In this document: positions 13,279 through 26,360 of the stretch, one piece after another
How positions within the stretch are numbered: the first letter of the stretch is position 1
Layout of the letters: every line of letters begins with the position of its first letter
Assembly (NCBI GenBank): GCA_963666315.2
Contig: CAXXHG010000043.1
Coordinates: 288,001-352,000, forward strand
Length of the DNA: 64,000 nucleotides
Direction: 5' to 3'
DNA from: Candidatus Binatia bacterium
GTDB lineage: Bacteria > Desulfobacterota > Binatia > Bin18
The notes under the pieces: model-generated
The model's database searches: none
What the model was told of the DNA's origin: nothing
Seen by the model: the letters and a program-made list of their open reading frames with translations, nothing else
Program-made: the position numbers and the translations under genes

Positions 13279-14456
13279 TCAAAAGCACTCAGACCGGTGA
13301 TATATCGACCCAGCGTGAGCCGATGGATATCCTCAGTCCCTTCGTATGTGTTGACCGTCTCAAGATTGAGCATATGCCGAATGATAGGATACTCATCCGT
13401 AATGCCGTTGGCACCAAGGATATCTCGGGCCAATCGTGTGGTGTGCAGTGCGGTTGAAACATTATTCATTTTGGCCATGCTGACATGATCCGGACGCATC
13501 TTACCCGCGTCTTTGAGCCTGCCAAGACGATAGGCTAAAAGCTGCGCCTTAGTGATTTCGGTCAGCATAGTAACCAGTTTAGCCTGGACAAGTTGATAGC
13601 CGCCAATAGGACGCGAAAACATGACTCGATTTTTGGCATAATCCACAGCGCACTCATAACAGGCTATGGCAGCACCGGTCGCGCCCCAGGAAATGCCGTA
13701 GCGTGCTTGGTTGAGACACATAAGCGGAGATTTGAGACCGCCGGATTTCGGCAGGAGATTATCCTCCGGAATCCAGCAATCTTCGAATATCAGCTCAGAT
13801 GTCACAGACGCCCGAAAACTGAATTTGCCCTCAATATTCAGTCGCGAGAATCCTTCCCGCTCTTTTTCTACTAAGAATCCACGGATGACGTCTTTGCCGT
13901 CTTCTTCGATCTTGGCCCAGACCACGGCAATGTCAGAGATTGAACCATTCGTGATCCAGCGTTTCGTGCCGTTCAGGATGTAGCCACCGTTCTCTTTTCG
14001 GGCACGAGTAATCATTCCAGACGGGTTAGAGCCGTAGTCCGGCTCGGTCAAGCCGAAACAACCAGTCGCCTCAGCCGTGGCCAGACGCGGCAGCCAGAAC
14101 TTCTTTTGCTGCTCGGAACCAAAAGTAAAGATGGGATACATAACCAGCGACGACTGTACGCTGGCGAAGGAACGCAGCCCGCTGTCCCCACGCTCGAGCT
14201 CCTGACTCACCAGGCCATAGGCGACACTGTTCATACCAGCGCCGCCATATTCTGTCGGCAGGGTCATGCCCAAGAAGCCCAGCTCACCAAGACGTGGGAC
14301 GAGTTCCATAGGAAAAGAGCCTTCGCGGAAGCACTGCTGAATGCGTGGGAGGAATTCCTCGTCGACAAAACGACGCGCCACATCGCGCACCATACGCTCC
14401 TCTTCGCTCAGCAGTTCTTCAATTTGGTAGAAATCGGTGTCAATGAGATCGGCCAT
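13275..14456 (-). CDS. gcdH: Acyl-CoA dehydrogenase, glutaryl-CoA dehydrogenase-like
   Basis: ELERGDSGLRS, FGLTEPDYGSNP, NLETVNTYEGTEDIH. Confidence 0.85.
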   Translation of the reverse strand: MADLIDTDFYQIEELLSEEERMVRDVARRFVDEEFLPRIQQCFREGSFPMELVPRLGELGFLGMTLPTEYGGAGMNSVAYGLVSQELERGDSGLRSFASVQSSLVMYPIFTFGSEQQKKFWLPRLATAEATGCFGLTEPDYGSNPSGMITRARKENGGYILNGTKRWITNGSISDIAVVWAKIEEDGKDVIRGFLVEKEREGFSRLNIEGKFSFRASVTSELIFEDCWIPEDNLLPKSGGLKSPLMCLNQARYGISWGATGAAIACYECAVDYAKNRVMFSRPIGGYQLVQAKLVTMLTEITKAQLLAYRLGRLKDAGKMRPDHVSMAKMNNVSTALHTTRLARDILGANGITDEYPIIRHMLNLETVNTYEGTEDIHRLTLGRYITGLSAFE

Positions 14457-14509
14457 GTAAGCCTCCCTTCACCTGTATTCTGGTCTTATCCTAACGAGGC
14501 GACGCTGGT

Positions 14510-16360
14510 TCAGCTACCCAGGGATTCAAGATCCCTGCCCTCAGTCGGGCTTCTCACTCCCGGTCTTTTTCTCGATGAAATTGGACGAACTGAAGGTCCG
14601 CGAGGCCGTCCTTCCCCACGCGGATCAGAGACACCGGTTATAAGGCCGGAACTTAGATCTACATGAATTGCCTGTATATTCCCAAAGCGGGAGCGTTTAT
14701 CAGGACCCCACTCAACGATTTTGACCGTATGTCCCATTGTCCGTAGCTCTGCTGCAAGCCCGCTGCGGCCACTATCCGTTTTCACCTCTAGGCTGAGCCT
14801 ATCGGGATACCACTGATGATGAATACGTGGTGCAAACATAGCCTCAGGTAAGGACATTTTGTACGCAAGGACATTCAGCATGACTTGCATAACAGAGCTG
14901 ATAATCCGTGATCCCCCTGGCCCGCCAATAACCAGCTCAACTTTCCCATCGCGCGTAACAATAGTTGGGCTCATGCTGCTCAGCGGCGTTTTCTGCGGCG
15001 CAACGGCATTCGCATCGGTATTACCAAGCAGGCCGAAGGCGTTCGGTTGACCGGGCTGGGCGATGAAATCGTCCATCTCGTCGTTGAGCATAATGCCCGT
15101 GCCAGGCACCAGCACCCCGCTCCCGAAATACAGATTCACAGTCTGGGTTGTCGCCACCGCGTTGCCCGCTTTATCAAGCACAGACAGGTGGGTGGTGCTT
15201 GTGGACTCAATCATTCCTACTGAGGTTTTCGGAATACCCTGACTTGGCGTGGCTTTGGAGATATCAATCTTCGCCCGCTGGTCTGTTGCATATGCCTGTG
15301 AGATCAGCCGATCAATGGGAACGGAAACAAAATCGGTATCGCCCAGGTAGCGGGCTCTGTCACGAAAGGCCAAGCGCAGGGTCTCGGTCAATACATGCGT
15401 CGCCCTAGGAGTCTGGAAGCCAAGCTTTTGCAACGGAAAGCCTGAGAGGACGTTAAACATCTGGACAATCAGCACGCCTCCAGAACTTGGCGGCGGCATA
15501 GAATCAATACGCGCGCCCTGAAAGGTTCCGGTAATCGGAGTGCGCTCAAGCACGCGATAGAGGTCTAAGTCTTGCTGGGTGAGTAGTCCACCACGTGTCT
15601 GCATCTCTTTGATAATGGCCTGTGCGACCCAGCCTGTGTAAAAGGCGTCTTTTCCCTTTTTGGCGATGGCGCGGAGCGTTTTAGCCAAATCTTTCTGGAT
15701 AAAGAGCTCACCTTGCTTGAGCGGATGATCGTTTCGAAAATATATCGCTCGGCTTGCAGCGGATTCTCCAAGCGTTTCCGCTCGGTAGCCTATTGCCCGA
15801 GCCAGATGCGGATAAATGGGAAATCCCTCTTCTGCCAGGCGGATTGCCGGTTGCATGACCTCTTCAAGCGACACGCTTCCGTAGCGTTTCTGCACGGCAA
15901 CTAATCCTGCAACTAAACCAGGCACAGCAACAGCTAGGGGTCCCGTGCGGCTCAGGGAAGGAACAGCCTTGCCATCGCGCACAAACATGTCACGTCTTGC
16001 TTTGAGAGGCGCGCGTTCACGAAAATCGATTGCGCGTGTTTTTTTATCTTTGGCGAGATACAGAAGAAGAAAACCACCGCCCCCAATCCCTGTCGATTGC
16101 GGCCGGATCACACTGATTGCAAACGATGCAGCAACAGCCGCATCAACAGCGTTTCCTCCGCGGCGGAGCATTTCGGCTCCGGCTTCGCTCGCTTGCTCGT
16201 TGGCTGCGGCGACCATACCGTGATGAGATGTTTCTGCAAAGGGAACGTGGTCCGCGAGTCTGAAAGTCTCGTCAGCATGGGCGCTCCCGGGTGCAGGAAC
16301 AAACGAGACCAGGAAGAAAAAAACGATAGATACCCTTTGGAAATTTTGCAGCCACGGCAT
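14510..16360 (-). CDS. ggt: Gamma-glutamyltransferase (exported)
   Basis: Signal peptide, GGNAVDAAVA, STTHLSV nucleophile, PLSSMSP, GGSRI. Confidence 0.96.
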   Translation of the reverse strand: MPWLQNFQRVSIVFFFLVSFVPAPGSAHADETFRLADHVPFAETSHHGMVAAANEQASEAGAEMLRRGGNAVDAAVAASFAISVIRPQSTGIGGGGFLLLYLAKDKKTRAIDFRERAPLKARRDMFVRDGKAVPSLSRTGPLAVAVPGLVAGLVAVQKRYGSVSLEEVMQPAIRLAEEGFPIYPHLARAIGYRAETLGESAASRAIYFRNDHPLKQGELFIQKDLAKTLRAIAKKGKDAFYTGWVAQAIIKEMQTRGGLLTQQDLDLYRVLERTPITGTFQGARIDSMPPPSSGGVLIVQMFNVLSGFPLQKLGFQTPRATHVLTETLRLAFRDRARYLGDTDFVSVPIDRLISQAYATDQRAKIDISKATPSQGIPKTSVGMIESTSTTHLSVLDKAGNAVATTQTVNLYFGSGVLVPGTGIMLNDEMDDFIAQPGQPNAFGLLGNTDANAVAPQKTPLSSMSPTIVTRDGKVELVIGGPGGSRIISSVMQVMLNVLAYKMSLPEAMFAPRIHHQWYPDRLSLEVKTDSGRSGLAAELRTMGHTVKIVEWGPDKRSRFGNIQAIHVDLSSGLITGVSDPRGEGRPRGPSVRPISSRKRPGVRSPTEGRDLESLGS

Positions 16361-16443
16361 GGTATTTTCCTCATTCAGACGTCATTCAGACGTTATCCAG
16401 ACGTCGTCGAGTATATGCGAGCGCGACAGGGACAACAATAAGA

Positions 16444-16472
16444 TTGACTTCAAAAACCCAGATTGGTAGGCT
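16444..16472 (+). promoter_or_regulatory. Putative sigma70 promoter of ssb
   Basis: TTGACT-N17-TAGGCT with an extended -10 TG, 22 nt before the ATG. Confidence 0.55.
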
Positions 16473-16494
16473 ACCTGCCAGGGAGGATTCTGCC

Positions 16495-16935
16495 ATGGCT
16501 TCGGTGAATAAAGCGATCATTGTCGGAAATCTCGGGAAGGACCCTGAAGTTCGTTTCACCCAGAGTGGACGGGCAATGGCGCGGTTCTCTGTGGCAACGA
16601 CAGAGTCCTGGATGGATAAAGAAAATGGGCGGCAGGAACGCACCGAGTGGCACAACGTGGTTGTGTGGGGCAAGCAGGCAGAATCGTGCGGTCAGTATCT
16701 CGCCAAGGGGCGACAGGTCTATATTGAGGGTTCCATCCGCAACCGCAGCTACGACGATAAAGAAGGCAACAAGCGCTATATTTCAGAAATTGTCGCCCAG
16801 CGCGTCCAATTCCTCGGCGGTAGCGGTGGTGGCGGAGCGCGTTCAGGTACGCCGTCTGATGAAGAATCAGGTGGCGGCGGGTTTGATGATTTCGGGGCAG
16901 GTGCTATCCCGCCCGATGATGACGTGCCGTTCTAG
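16495..16935 (+). CDS. ssb: Single-stranded DNA-binding protein
   Basis: VNKAIIVGNLGKDPE, TEWHNVV, acidic tail DDDVPF. Confidence 0.98.
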   Translation: MASVNKAIIVGNLGKDPEVRFTQSGRAMARFSVATTESWMDKENGRQERTEWHNVVVWGKQAESCGQYLAKGRQVYIEGSIRNRSYDDKEGNKRYISEIVAQRVQFLGGSGGGGARSGTPSDEESGGGGFDDFGAGAIPPDDDVPF

Positions 16936-17793
16936 TCAGTGCTCATTATTCTCGGCAGTTGCAACCTCGGCAGAGCCGGGTTTTATCACTGCCCGGCGGT
17001 CAGGATTCACGATCTCATACACATACCTCCCATCTCCTTCACCGGGCCACAGCACAGTCGTAATAGTCTGACCAGGAAAAACTGGCCGTGCAAATTGAGC
17101 GGTGAGCCGTTTGAGCCGGCGGGGATCGCCTTCACACACACTGTCGATAATCACTTTTGAGGCACAGGCCATGGTGCACAGGCCGTGGACGACGATGCCA
17201 GGCAGACCTGCCATCTTGGCTACGTTTTCATCCACATGGATCGGGTTTCGGTCTCCTGACGCTTCGGCGTAGCGGAATGTCTGGTCAGGATCAATTCGTT
17301 GGGAAACCCGAAGCAGCGGCTCCTCTTTTGGAGTCTCATGCGTTGAGGCTACGCTACGTTGGCGTCGTCCCTGGCCGCGAATGAAGGCAGTAAAAGTGAG
17401 CTGCTGAACGGCTTCCTTATGTTGGTTGTGACTGTGAATCTCAAGAGTCATCGATTCCCCACCACGTTGATCCTCAATTGCTCCAACTACTGCAGTGCTG
17501 GTAATCGTATCCCCGGGAACAATAGGACGGAAAAAGCGCATATCTTGCCGACTATGTAATAAGCGCAGTACATCAACGTTCAGCTCGCTGTCCGTCACCA
17601 CCATCATGATGGAAAGCCAGCCGGCAACAACGCCAAACATGGGCGGGGCGATCATGTCTTCGGATGTATCCATACCAAAGAACCAGGCGTTGTCTTCGTT
17701 ATACGCCCGCGCATATGCTGCTGTCGCTTCTGCTGTTACGTCATGATCCTGAGAGGCGTATTCTTTTCCAATCAAGTTTCGGTTGAGCCCCAT
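16936..17793 (-). CDS. Double hot-dog MaoC-family (R)-hydratase/dehydratase
   Basis: YAEASGDRNPIH...GIVVHGLCT; N-terminal LLHSRQ hot-dog half. Confidence 0.9.
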   Translation of the reverse strand: MGLNRNLIGKEYASQDHDVTAEATAAYARAYNEDNAWFFGMDTSEDMIAPPMFGVVAGWLSIMMVVTDSELNVDVLRLLHSRQDMRFFRPIVPGDTITSTAVVGAIEDQRGGESMTLEIHSHNQHKEAVQQLTFTAFIRGQGRRQRSVASTHETPKEEPLLRVSQRIDPDQTFRYAEASGDRNPIHVDENVAKMAGLPGIVVHGLCTMACASKVIIDSVCEGDPRRLKRLTAQFARPVFPGQTITTVLWPGEGDGRYVYEIVNPDRRAVIKPGSAEVATAENNEH

Positions 17794-17811
17794 AGTTTCT
17801 ATTGTTTCTTT

Positions 17812-18503
17812 CTATTTCCAGTATGCATCATCGACGAAACTCACGTAGCGCCCTTTGCCTATGATGGGGTGGTCGAGAATGTGAACTCCCAGCATCTCGC
17901 CTACGTCTCTCAGGGCTGCGTGATCTGGAGGTCTTCCTGGCTCGGCATAGGATCGCCACTGGGATGATTATGGATCAGGATAGCGGCGGCGGCTAACTCA
18001 CGAATGATGGGCTGAAATACCTCACGCGGATGTACGAGCGAAGATGTGAGAGACCCTTCAGATACACGCACGTCTTTAAGCTTTCTGTTCTTGGCATCAA
18101 GGAGAAGCACATGAAACTCCTCTTTCTTGAGACTGCCGAGTTGCTCACGATAGTGATTAAAAACATCGGCCCTTGAGCGGAAGGACTCCCCACGTCGTAT
18201 TTCTTCTTGGGAAAAGCGCTTGGCAATTTCCAGAGCCGCTTGTATCTGTGTCGCCTTAGCCGGACCAATGCCCTTCACTTCACACAGTTCGGTGATGCTC
18301 GCTTCTTCAAGTTCTCGAAACGAATCTCCGAAACGCGTGACGAGAGTCCGTCCGTCGTCGAGGGCACTTTGGCCTGAGCTTGCGTCCCTGGTTCTAAGCA
18401 GAATGGCTAACAATTCCGCATTGGAGAGCGTTGCAGGACCATGTTCTATAAGCTTCTCACGAGGTCGGTCAGACTCCGGCCAGGTTGGAATAGGCTGGCG
18501 CAT
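17812..18503 (-). pseudogene. radC: RadC/JAB-domain protein, frameshifted near 17913
   Basis: RPREKL, VHPREVF, HNHPSGD; the missing tail LRDVGEMLGVHILDHPIIGKGRYVSF continues in another frame to TAG at 17812. Confidence 0.88.
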
Positions 18504-18901
18504 TACTGTATGGTCACCATCACGCGGCGATCGCGTGGACCATCGAGCTCAACCAGCATGATCGCTTGCCAGGTGCCCAGCGCAAGCCGTCCTCGTTGGA
18601 TAGGAATAGTCTCACTAGGGCCAAGAATTGATGCTTTAAGATGGGCTGCTCCATTATGGTCCACCTTGTCATGCCGCCATACCCCTTCCGGGATCAGCTT
18701 GTTCAGTACGTCTAGGAGATCTTCGCATATGTGTGGATCGTCATTCTCGTTGACAATAATGGCAGCAGTTGCATGTGGGACATAAACGCAACACAAGCCT
18801 TGGTCGATATTGGCTTCTCTCACCGCATCAGCTACCTGAGAGGAGAGATCTATGACCTCGTATTTTGTCTGGGTGCGTACCTTCAGCTCCATCTCGCTCA
18901 C
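18503..18901 (-). CDS. yjbQ: YjbQ family (UPF0047) protein
   Basis: PHATAAIIVNE, AHLKASILG, LGTWQAIMLVELDGPR. Confidence 0.92.
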   Translation of the reverse strand: MSEMELKVRTQTKYEVIDLSSQVADAVREANIDQGLCCVYVPHATAAIIVNENDDPHICEDLLDVLNKLIPEGVWRHDKVDHNGAAHLKASILGPSETIPIQRGRLALGTWQAIMLVELDGPRDRRVMVTIQ

Positions 18902-18911
18902 TCTTTACTCC

Positions 18912-19937
18912 CTATTGTCCATTGCCTAGTGAGAGAAAGTGTGAGGATTTCGTGATATCAATCGGAACTCCAGTCTTTTCTCTTACTGCCCTGGCAAGAC
19001 GATTCTGATCAACAAACTTCGTCCAGCCTCCCGTTTTGAGAACCTTGCGCGCCTCTTCCAGGTAATCCGGGACCAATTGATAAATGTCTTTGTGGACCTC
19101 TGCATAGACTCGATTATGACGGACTCCGATTTTTATGGGCTGATACACAACCTCTCCGGTGACTCCGATGCGGACGATGTCAAAGAATTGCTCAATGTCT
19201 TCGGGGTAGAGACGGATACAGCCGTGCGTAACAAGTCTGCCAACCGCCCACGGCGTGTTTGTATCATGGATGGAATACGATCCCTTGGTCTTGGTCGAAC
19301 TCAGTTCGATACGATATTTTCCAAGTGGGTTGTCTGGAGAACCTCCTGGGATACGATCCTCCGACCAGCCGTTTTCTGCAATACGTTCCTTTTTTATGGA
19401 TTCAGGGATCACCCAGACCGGGTTCCGCGTCTTCCCTCTTACCCGAAAGTGAGTTTGTGGCGTGGGCCACTCTTCTCGTCCGAGTCCAACAGGAAGAGTA
19501 ATGACAGTGCGTTCCCTGTTTTTCTTCTTGTGCGGAGGAAAATAATAGAGCCGCATTTCGGGGATATTCACGATCACCCCTTCGTGGCGGCTGTTCGGTA
19601 CGATCCAGGAGGTTGGCATCGATATCAACGCTCCCACTTTTGGGAGCCACGGACTCATATTGGGGTATGCTTCAGTCAGTTCGTTATATCCAAGATCATA
19701 ATAACGGGCGACATCTAGAAGAGTATCTTTTTTCTGTATTATATACGAATGGGGTGATCCGACAAGGGTCTGGGCTGTCATGTCGCCTGAACGTAAAGCG
19801 GGGACAAATGAACGCGTCACAATTCGTTTTTGGAAAAACTCCTTTTCGTTCCACGCCAGCCCTGCCGTAGAGCGGAAAAGACAGGAAAATGCAATAAACA
19901 AAGCTATTCCGATTGCTCGTGCGCCCCGGCTCTTCAT
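18912..19937 (-). CDS. L,D-transpeptidase (ErfK/YcfS family) with LysM-like domain
   Basis: Signal peptide, IVNIPEMRLYYF, NPLG, IHDTN...THGCIRL. Confidence 0.93.
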   Translation of the reverse strand: MKSRGARAIGIALFIAFSCLFRSTAGLAWNEKEFFQKRIVTRSFVPALRSGDMTAQTLVGSPHSYIIQKKDTLLDVARYYDLGYNELTEAYPNMSPWLPKVGALISMPTSWIVPNSRHEGVIVNIPEMRLYYFPPHKKKNRERTVITLPVGLGREEWPTPQTHFRVRGKTRNPVWVIPESIKKERIAENGWSEDRIPGGSPDNPLGKYRIELSSTKTKGSYSIHDTNTPWAVGRLVTHGCIRLYPEDIEQFFDIVRIGVTGEVVYQPIKIGVRHNRVYAEVHKDIYQLVPDYLEEARKVLKTGGWTKFVDQNRLARAVREKTGVPIDITKSSHFLSLGNGQ

Positions 19938-20096
19938 CCTCACTCCTCCCCTATCTCTCAATAATCTACATAGTACAGGGAAAATTCAAGGCGTGACGGG
20001 GAGAAAACCACGGAAGAGGCCTTCACCGCTGTTGATCGGTCGTACGGAGTGACGTCGTGAAAAGTCGAGAAAGAAAAGGATAAAGACGGGGAGGTA

Positions 20097-20444
20097 TTAT
20101 TCCTCCACTCTTGTTGTCTTTCTTTTCGCAGTTGAACGCTTTTGCGGCTTTTCCCTCTCAGCAAGCAATCGGTCGAGCTTCATACTCACGTTGACAATAT
20201 TGCCTTGTACTTCTTCAACCTTTGCCAGTAAATGTTCGTAATAAGTCTTAGAAGGAATATTCAGAAGCGCAAGCAAAGCCTCCATATTCTGGTCGACTTT
20301 TTCCTTCGTTTCCGTAGCGTTCTGTAACGTTTTCTCTACGACTTCGCACACAGGAGATTGCGAAAAGAGGTCTTTTACAAGCTTTGTAAAGTTCTCTCTG
20401 TTTGCCTCGTAGAGTTTCTCGAAAACGGTTTTTTCTTTGTCCAT
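20097..20444 (-). CDS. Hypothetical coiled-coil protein, phasin/PhaE-C-like
   Basis: Helical; LALLNIPSK motif, then coiled coil and basic tail. Confidence 0.55.
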   Translation of the reverse strand: MDKEKTVFEKLYEANRENFTKLVKDLFSQSPVCEVVEKTLQNATETKEKVDQNMEALLALLNIPSKTYYEHLLAKVEEVQGNIVNVSMKLDRLLAEREKPQKRSTAKRKTTRVEE

Positions 20445-20510
20445 AACGTGGGAAGGTTTTCTGCCAAAGAAAATCAGGTATAACAACCTCGTTGATAGTA
20501 AGGAGAATAT

Positions 20511-20774
20511 GTGGATTTCGAAGTTTTTCTTGGGTATTTCAGCGGCTTGCGCTTCCTCGACGAGACGATCACGTTTTCTACCCTTATTGGGACGGCACTA
20601 TTCATTCACTTGCTTGACGGAATTATCTGCGGTCTCATCGCTAGGAAGGGCGGGCGCTCTCTGTATATTTGGATCATTGTCGGCACTCTCTTTGGAATGT
20701 GGGCACTGACGATCCTGATCCTCCTTATGGCGCAAGGAAAGGACCGGGGACGGGGCCTATCCCCGTCCCCATAA
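20511..20774 (+). CDS. Small membrane protein
   Basis: AAGGAG RBS, two hydrophobic helices flanking IARKGGRS. Confidence 0.65.
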   Translation: MDFEVFLGYFSGLRFLDETITFSTLIGTALFIHLLDGIICGLIARKGGRSLYIWIIVGTLFGMWALTILILLMAQGKDRGRGLSPSP

Positions 20775-20777
20775 TAT

Positions 20778-21248
20778 TTATCCGCACTTCTGTAGACAAT
20801 CTCGTATGGGATCGAGTTCAGGCAGCTTGCTGGCATCTTCTGTGGTCCAGGCATACTGCACCGTTCCACTCTTGTCCACAACGAAGGCCGAACGCTTCGA
20901 TACGCCTTTGAAGCCAAGAAGATCCTCGTACAAAGAATCGTAAGCCTGAGAGACTTCTTTATTAAAGTCGCTTAAGAGCGGGAAATCATATCCCTCTTTT
21001 TCTGCCCAGGCATCAAGGGCGAATGGACTATCCACACTGATGGCAACAACTTGGGTGTCTTCGTTCTGCAACGTATTTATATTGTCTCGTACCGAGCACA
21101 ATTCTTTCGTTCAACCACCTGTGAAGGCCAGCGGTACGAAGAGGAGGACCGTATTCTTTTTCCCCTTCGCTTCGCTAAGTGAAAAATCTTTCATTTTATT
21201 TGTCTTGAGTGAAAAATCTGGGGCTGCTTGTCCGACCTGAATACTCAT
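20778..21248 (-). CDS. Peroxiredoxin (AhpE/BCP-like) with selenocysteine at codon 46
   Basis: [14 protein letters not shown]...[17 protein letters not shown]...ISVDSPF...LLSDF...RSAFVVD; in-frame TGA at 21113-21111 sits at the peroxidatic Cys position. Confidence 0.9.
21081..21102 (-). promoter_or_regulatory. Bacterial SECIS-like hairpin
   Basis: ATTGT-G-CTCG-GTA-CGAG-ACAAT stem-loop; G-initial apical loop 18 nt after the UGA. Confidence 0.75.
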
Positions 21249-23761
21249 TGCTGTCGCTCCTCCGTTGAGTGTGAATTGAGAGTTCCTTCTTCGTTTCCTT
21301 CTCTACTTGCTTCGCTGTCCTCTTTTACTTCATCTTCTTCTACAAGCGCAAGACTGGACACGCGTTCCTGCGCGCCGATATTAAAAAGCTTAACCCCCTG
21401 GGTATTTCTCCCAATAATTCGCAGCTCAGCGATCCTGAGTCGGATAATCTTACCGCCGTCTGTGATGAGCATTAGATGATCGTTCTCTGTCACTTGCCTA
21501 ACGCCGCAGACTTCTCCAGTTTTCTCAGTCGTACGCATGGTACGGGCTCCCTTTCCCCCGCGTGACTGAACACGATAGGCGTCTATGCTACTGCGCTTGC
21601 CGTATCCTTGAGACGAAACGGTGAGTAGCGTAGCCTCTTGATAGAGTATCTCAAGGGACACCACCTCATCTTTCTCTTCGAGCGTAATGCCTCGGACACC
21701 GAACGTCCCACGGCCAGTTGCTCTTACTTCTTTTTCTGCAAATCGAATCGCTTTTCCTTTTTTTGTCGAAAGCAATATCTCTTGTTTGCCATCAGTCAGC
21801 TGAGCTCTAATCACCTCGTCATCTGCTCCGAGGGAGAGAGCAATGATTCCGCCACGGCGTGGATTTGCATACGCCATGAGTTCAGTTTTCTTGACGTGCC
21901 CTTTGCGGGTCGCAAAGACGATGAAGCGGTCGTCTTGAAACTCTCGTATAGGAAGAAAGGATGAAATTTTCTCACCTTCTTGAAGCTGCAGAAGATTGAC
22001 GATCGCTTTTCCTTTTGCCGTACGACTCCCATGCGGAATTTCATAGACTTTGACCCAATGTACTTTTCCAATTGAGGAGAAAAATAATAGGAAGGCGTGC
22101 GTGGAGGAAATAAACATGTGTTCAACAAAGTCTTCCCCCCGCGTTGTTGCTCCGACAACGCCTTTCCCCCCACGACGCTGTGAGCGATATTCAGTGACTG
22201 GATTTCTTTTGATATACCCGGCGTGCGATATCGTCACGACCACGTCTTCTTCAGCAATGAGATCTTCATCGGAAAGATCCGCACTATCAGGCAGTATTAC
22301 GGTCCGTCGTTCGTCAGAGAATCGTGAACGCAGGTCGGCGAGCTCTTCTTTGATAACCGCGTCGATCTTTTCCGCGCTGGCCAGAGTACGTTGTAAAGCG
22401 GCCATCAGACTCACCGTTTCGTTGTGCTCTGACAGAATCTTCTCTTGTTCAAGCTGGGTGAGACGTTGCAGACGCATATCGAGAATGGCCTGAGATTGCG
22501 TTTCACTCAAAGAAAATTGATCCATGAGGGTTTGACGCACGCTGGCCGGATTCTGTCCTTGACGGATGACCTGAAGCACAGGGTCAAGGTTATCAAGGGC
22601 AATTTTGAGCCCTTCAAGAAGGTGAAGACGCTCCCCCGCTTTCTTCAGGTCGAACGCAGTCCGACGTCGGACGACCTCACGGCGGTGTTCAAGAAAGTGC
22701 ATCAGGGTATCTTTGAGGGTAAGGAGACGTGGGCGACCATCGACAATGGCGAGAAGAATAACCCCAAAGGAATCCTGAAGCGGTGTCATTTTATAGAGCT
22801 GGTTGAGTATCACCTCCGGAACAACGTCTCGCTTGAGCTCGATAACAATGCGCATCCCATCTCTGTCAGACTCGTCACGCAGGTCAGAGATTCCCGTGAT
22901 GCGCTTCTCGTTGACGAGATCCGCGATACGCTCAATCAAACGAGCTTTATTGACTTGAAAAGGAATCTCATGAGCAATAATGCGACTTCTGCTTGTCTTC
23001 TCGTTCTCCTCAATGGACATTCGGGCCCGCATCCGGATAATGCCTCGTCCCGTTTCATAGGCAGCACGAATCCCAGCTTTTCCATGAATAAAGGCCCCGG
23101 TTGGAAAGTCCGGGCCTGGGATATACTGCATCAAATCGCGGTTTTCGAGAGTCTGATTCTCAAGAAGGGCAAGAAGGGCATCGGTGACTTCGCCAAGATT
23201 ATGCGGAGGAATGTTTGTTGACATTCCCACCGCGATCCCCGAAGAACCATTGACAAGCAGATTTGGAAGTTTACTCGGGAAAACAGCAGGCTCATGACTC
23301 GTATCGTCATAGGTAGGAATGAAATTTACCGTTCCTCTATCGATATCCGCCAGTACTTCCCCAGAGATGCGGGTCATCCGAACCTCGGTATACCGCATCG
23401 CAGCAGGAGAATCGCCATCAACCGAACCAAAGTTTCCCTGTCCGTCGATGAGAGGGTAGCGAAGCGAAAAGTCCTGTGCCATGCGGACAAGGGTGTCGTA
23501 TACGGCCGAATCTCCATGCGGGTGGTATTTTCCAATTACGTCACCGACGACGCGCGCAGACTTTTTATACGAACGGTTCCATTCATTCCCAAGGTCGTGC
23601 ATGGCATACAGGACGCGCCGGTGAACTGGCTTCAGTCCATCACGGACATCGGGCAGCGCTCGACCAATGATCACACTCATGGCGTAATCCATATAGGACT
23701 GCCGCATCTCTTGTTCAATATTGACAGAGGGAAGGGGCTGGGAATCCGAATGGTCTTCCAT
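21245..23761 (-). CDS. gyrA: DNA gyrase subunit A
   Basis: [17 protein letters not shown], GyrA-box QRRGGKG. Confidence 0.99.
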   Translation of the reverse strand: MEDHSDSQPLPSVNIEQEMRQSYMDYAMSVIIGRALPDVRDGLKPVHRRVLYAMHDLGNEWNRSYKKSARVVGDVIGKYHPHGDSAVYDTLVRMAQDFSLRYPLIDGQGNFGSVDGDSPAAMRYTEVRMTRISGEVLADIDRGTVNFIPTYDDTSHEPAVFPSKLPNLLVNGSSGIAVGMSTNIPPHNLGEVTDALLALLENQTLENRDLMQYIPGPDFPTGAFIHGKAGIRAAYETGRGIIRMRARMSIEENEKTSRSRIIAHEIPFQVNKARLIERIADLVNEKRITGISDLRDESDRDGMRIVIELKRDVVPEVILNQLYKMTPLQDSFGVILLAIVDGRPRLLTLKDTLMHFLEHRREVVRRRTAFDLKKAGERLHLLEGLKIALDNLDPVLQVIRQGQNPASVRQTLMDQFSLSETQSQAILDMRLQRLTQLEQEKILSEHNETVSLMAALQRTLASAEKIDAVIKEELADLRSRFSDERRTVILPDSADLSDEDLIAEEDVVVTISHAGYIKRNPVTEYRSQRRGGKGVVGATTRGEDFVEHMFISSTHAFLLFFSSIGKVHWVKVYEIPHGSRTAKGKAIVNLLQLQEGEKISSFLPIREFQDDRFIVFATRKGHVKKTELMAYANPRRGGIIALSLGADDEVIRAQLTDGKQEILLSTKKGKAIRFAEKEVRATGRGTFGVRGITLEEKDEVVSLEILYQEATLLTVSSQGYGKRSSIDAYRVQSRGGKGARTMRTTEKTGEVCGVRQVTENDHLMLITDGGKIIRLRIAELRIIGRNTQGVKLFNIGAQERVSSLALVEEDEVKEDSEASREGNEEGTLNSHSTEERQQ

Positions 23762-23840
23762 ACAGAGAAGATTCCTTTTTGATTGCTAGTGTTGGGCGTG
23801 GAGGTCTAGAACAAAACAGCACGAACGGCCTATTGTGAGA

Positions 23841-26288
<2,448 letters not shown>

Positions 26289-26360
26289 TTAAAGAGTAGC
26301 ATTTTCTCTGTCTTACGTAAACCGGAGGGGATATCATATATTCAGTAAAACACGTTTTTA

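Noticed and set aside
22445-23221. Long antisense ORFs (also 36088-36855, 41897-42664, 59400-60170, 28082-28894)
   Set aside because: They shadow well-supported genes on the opposite strand and carry no recognisable motifs.
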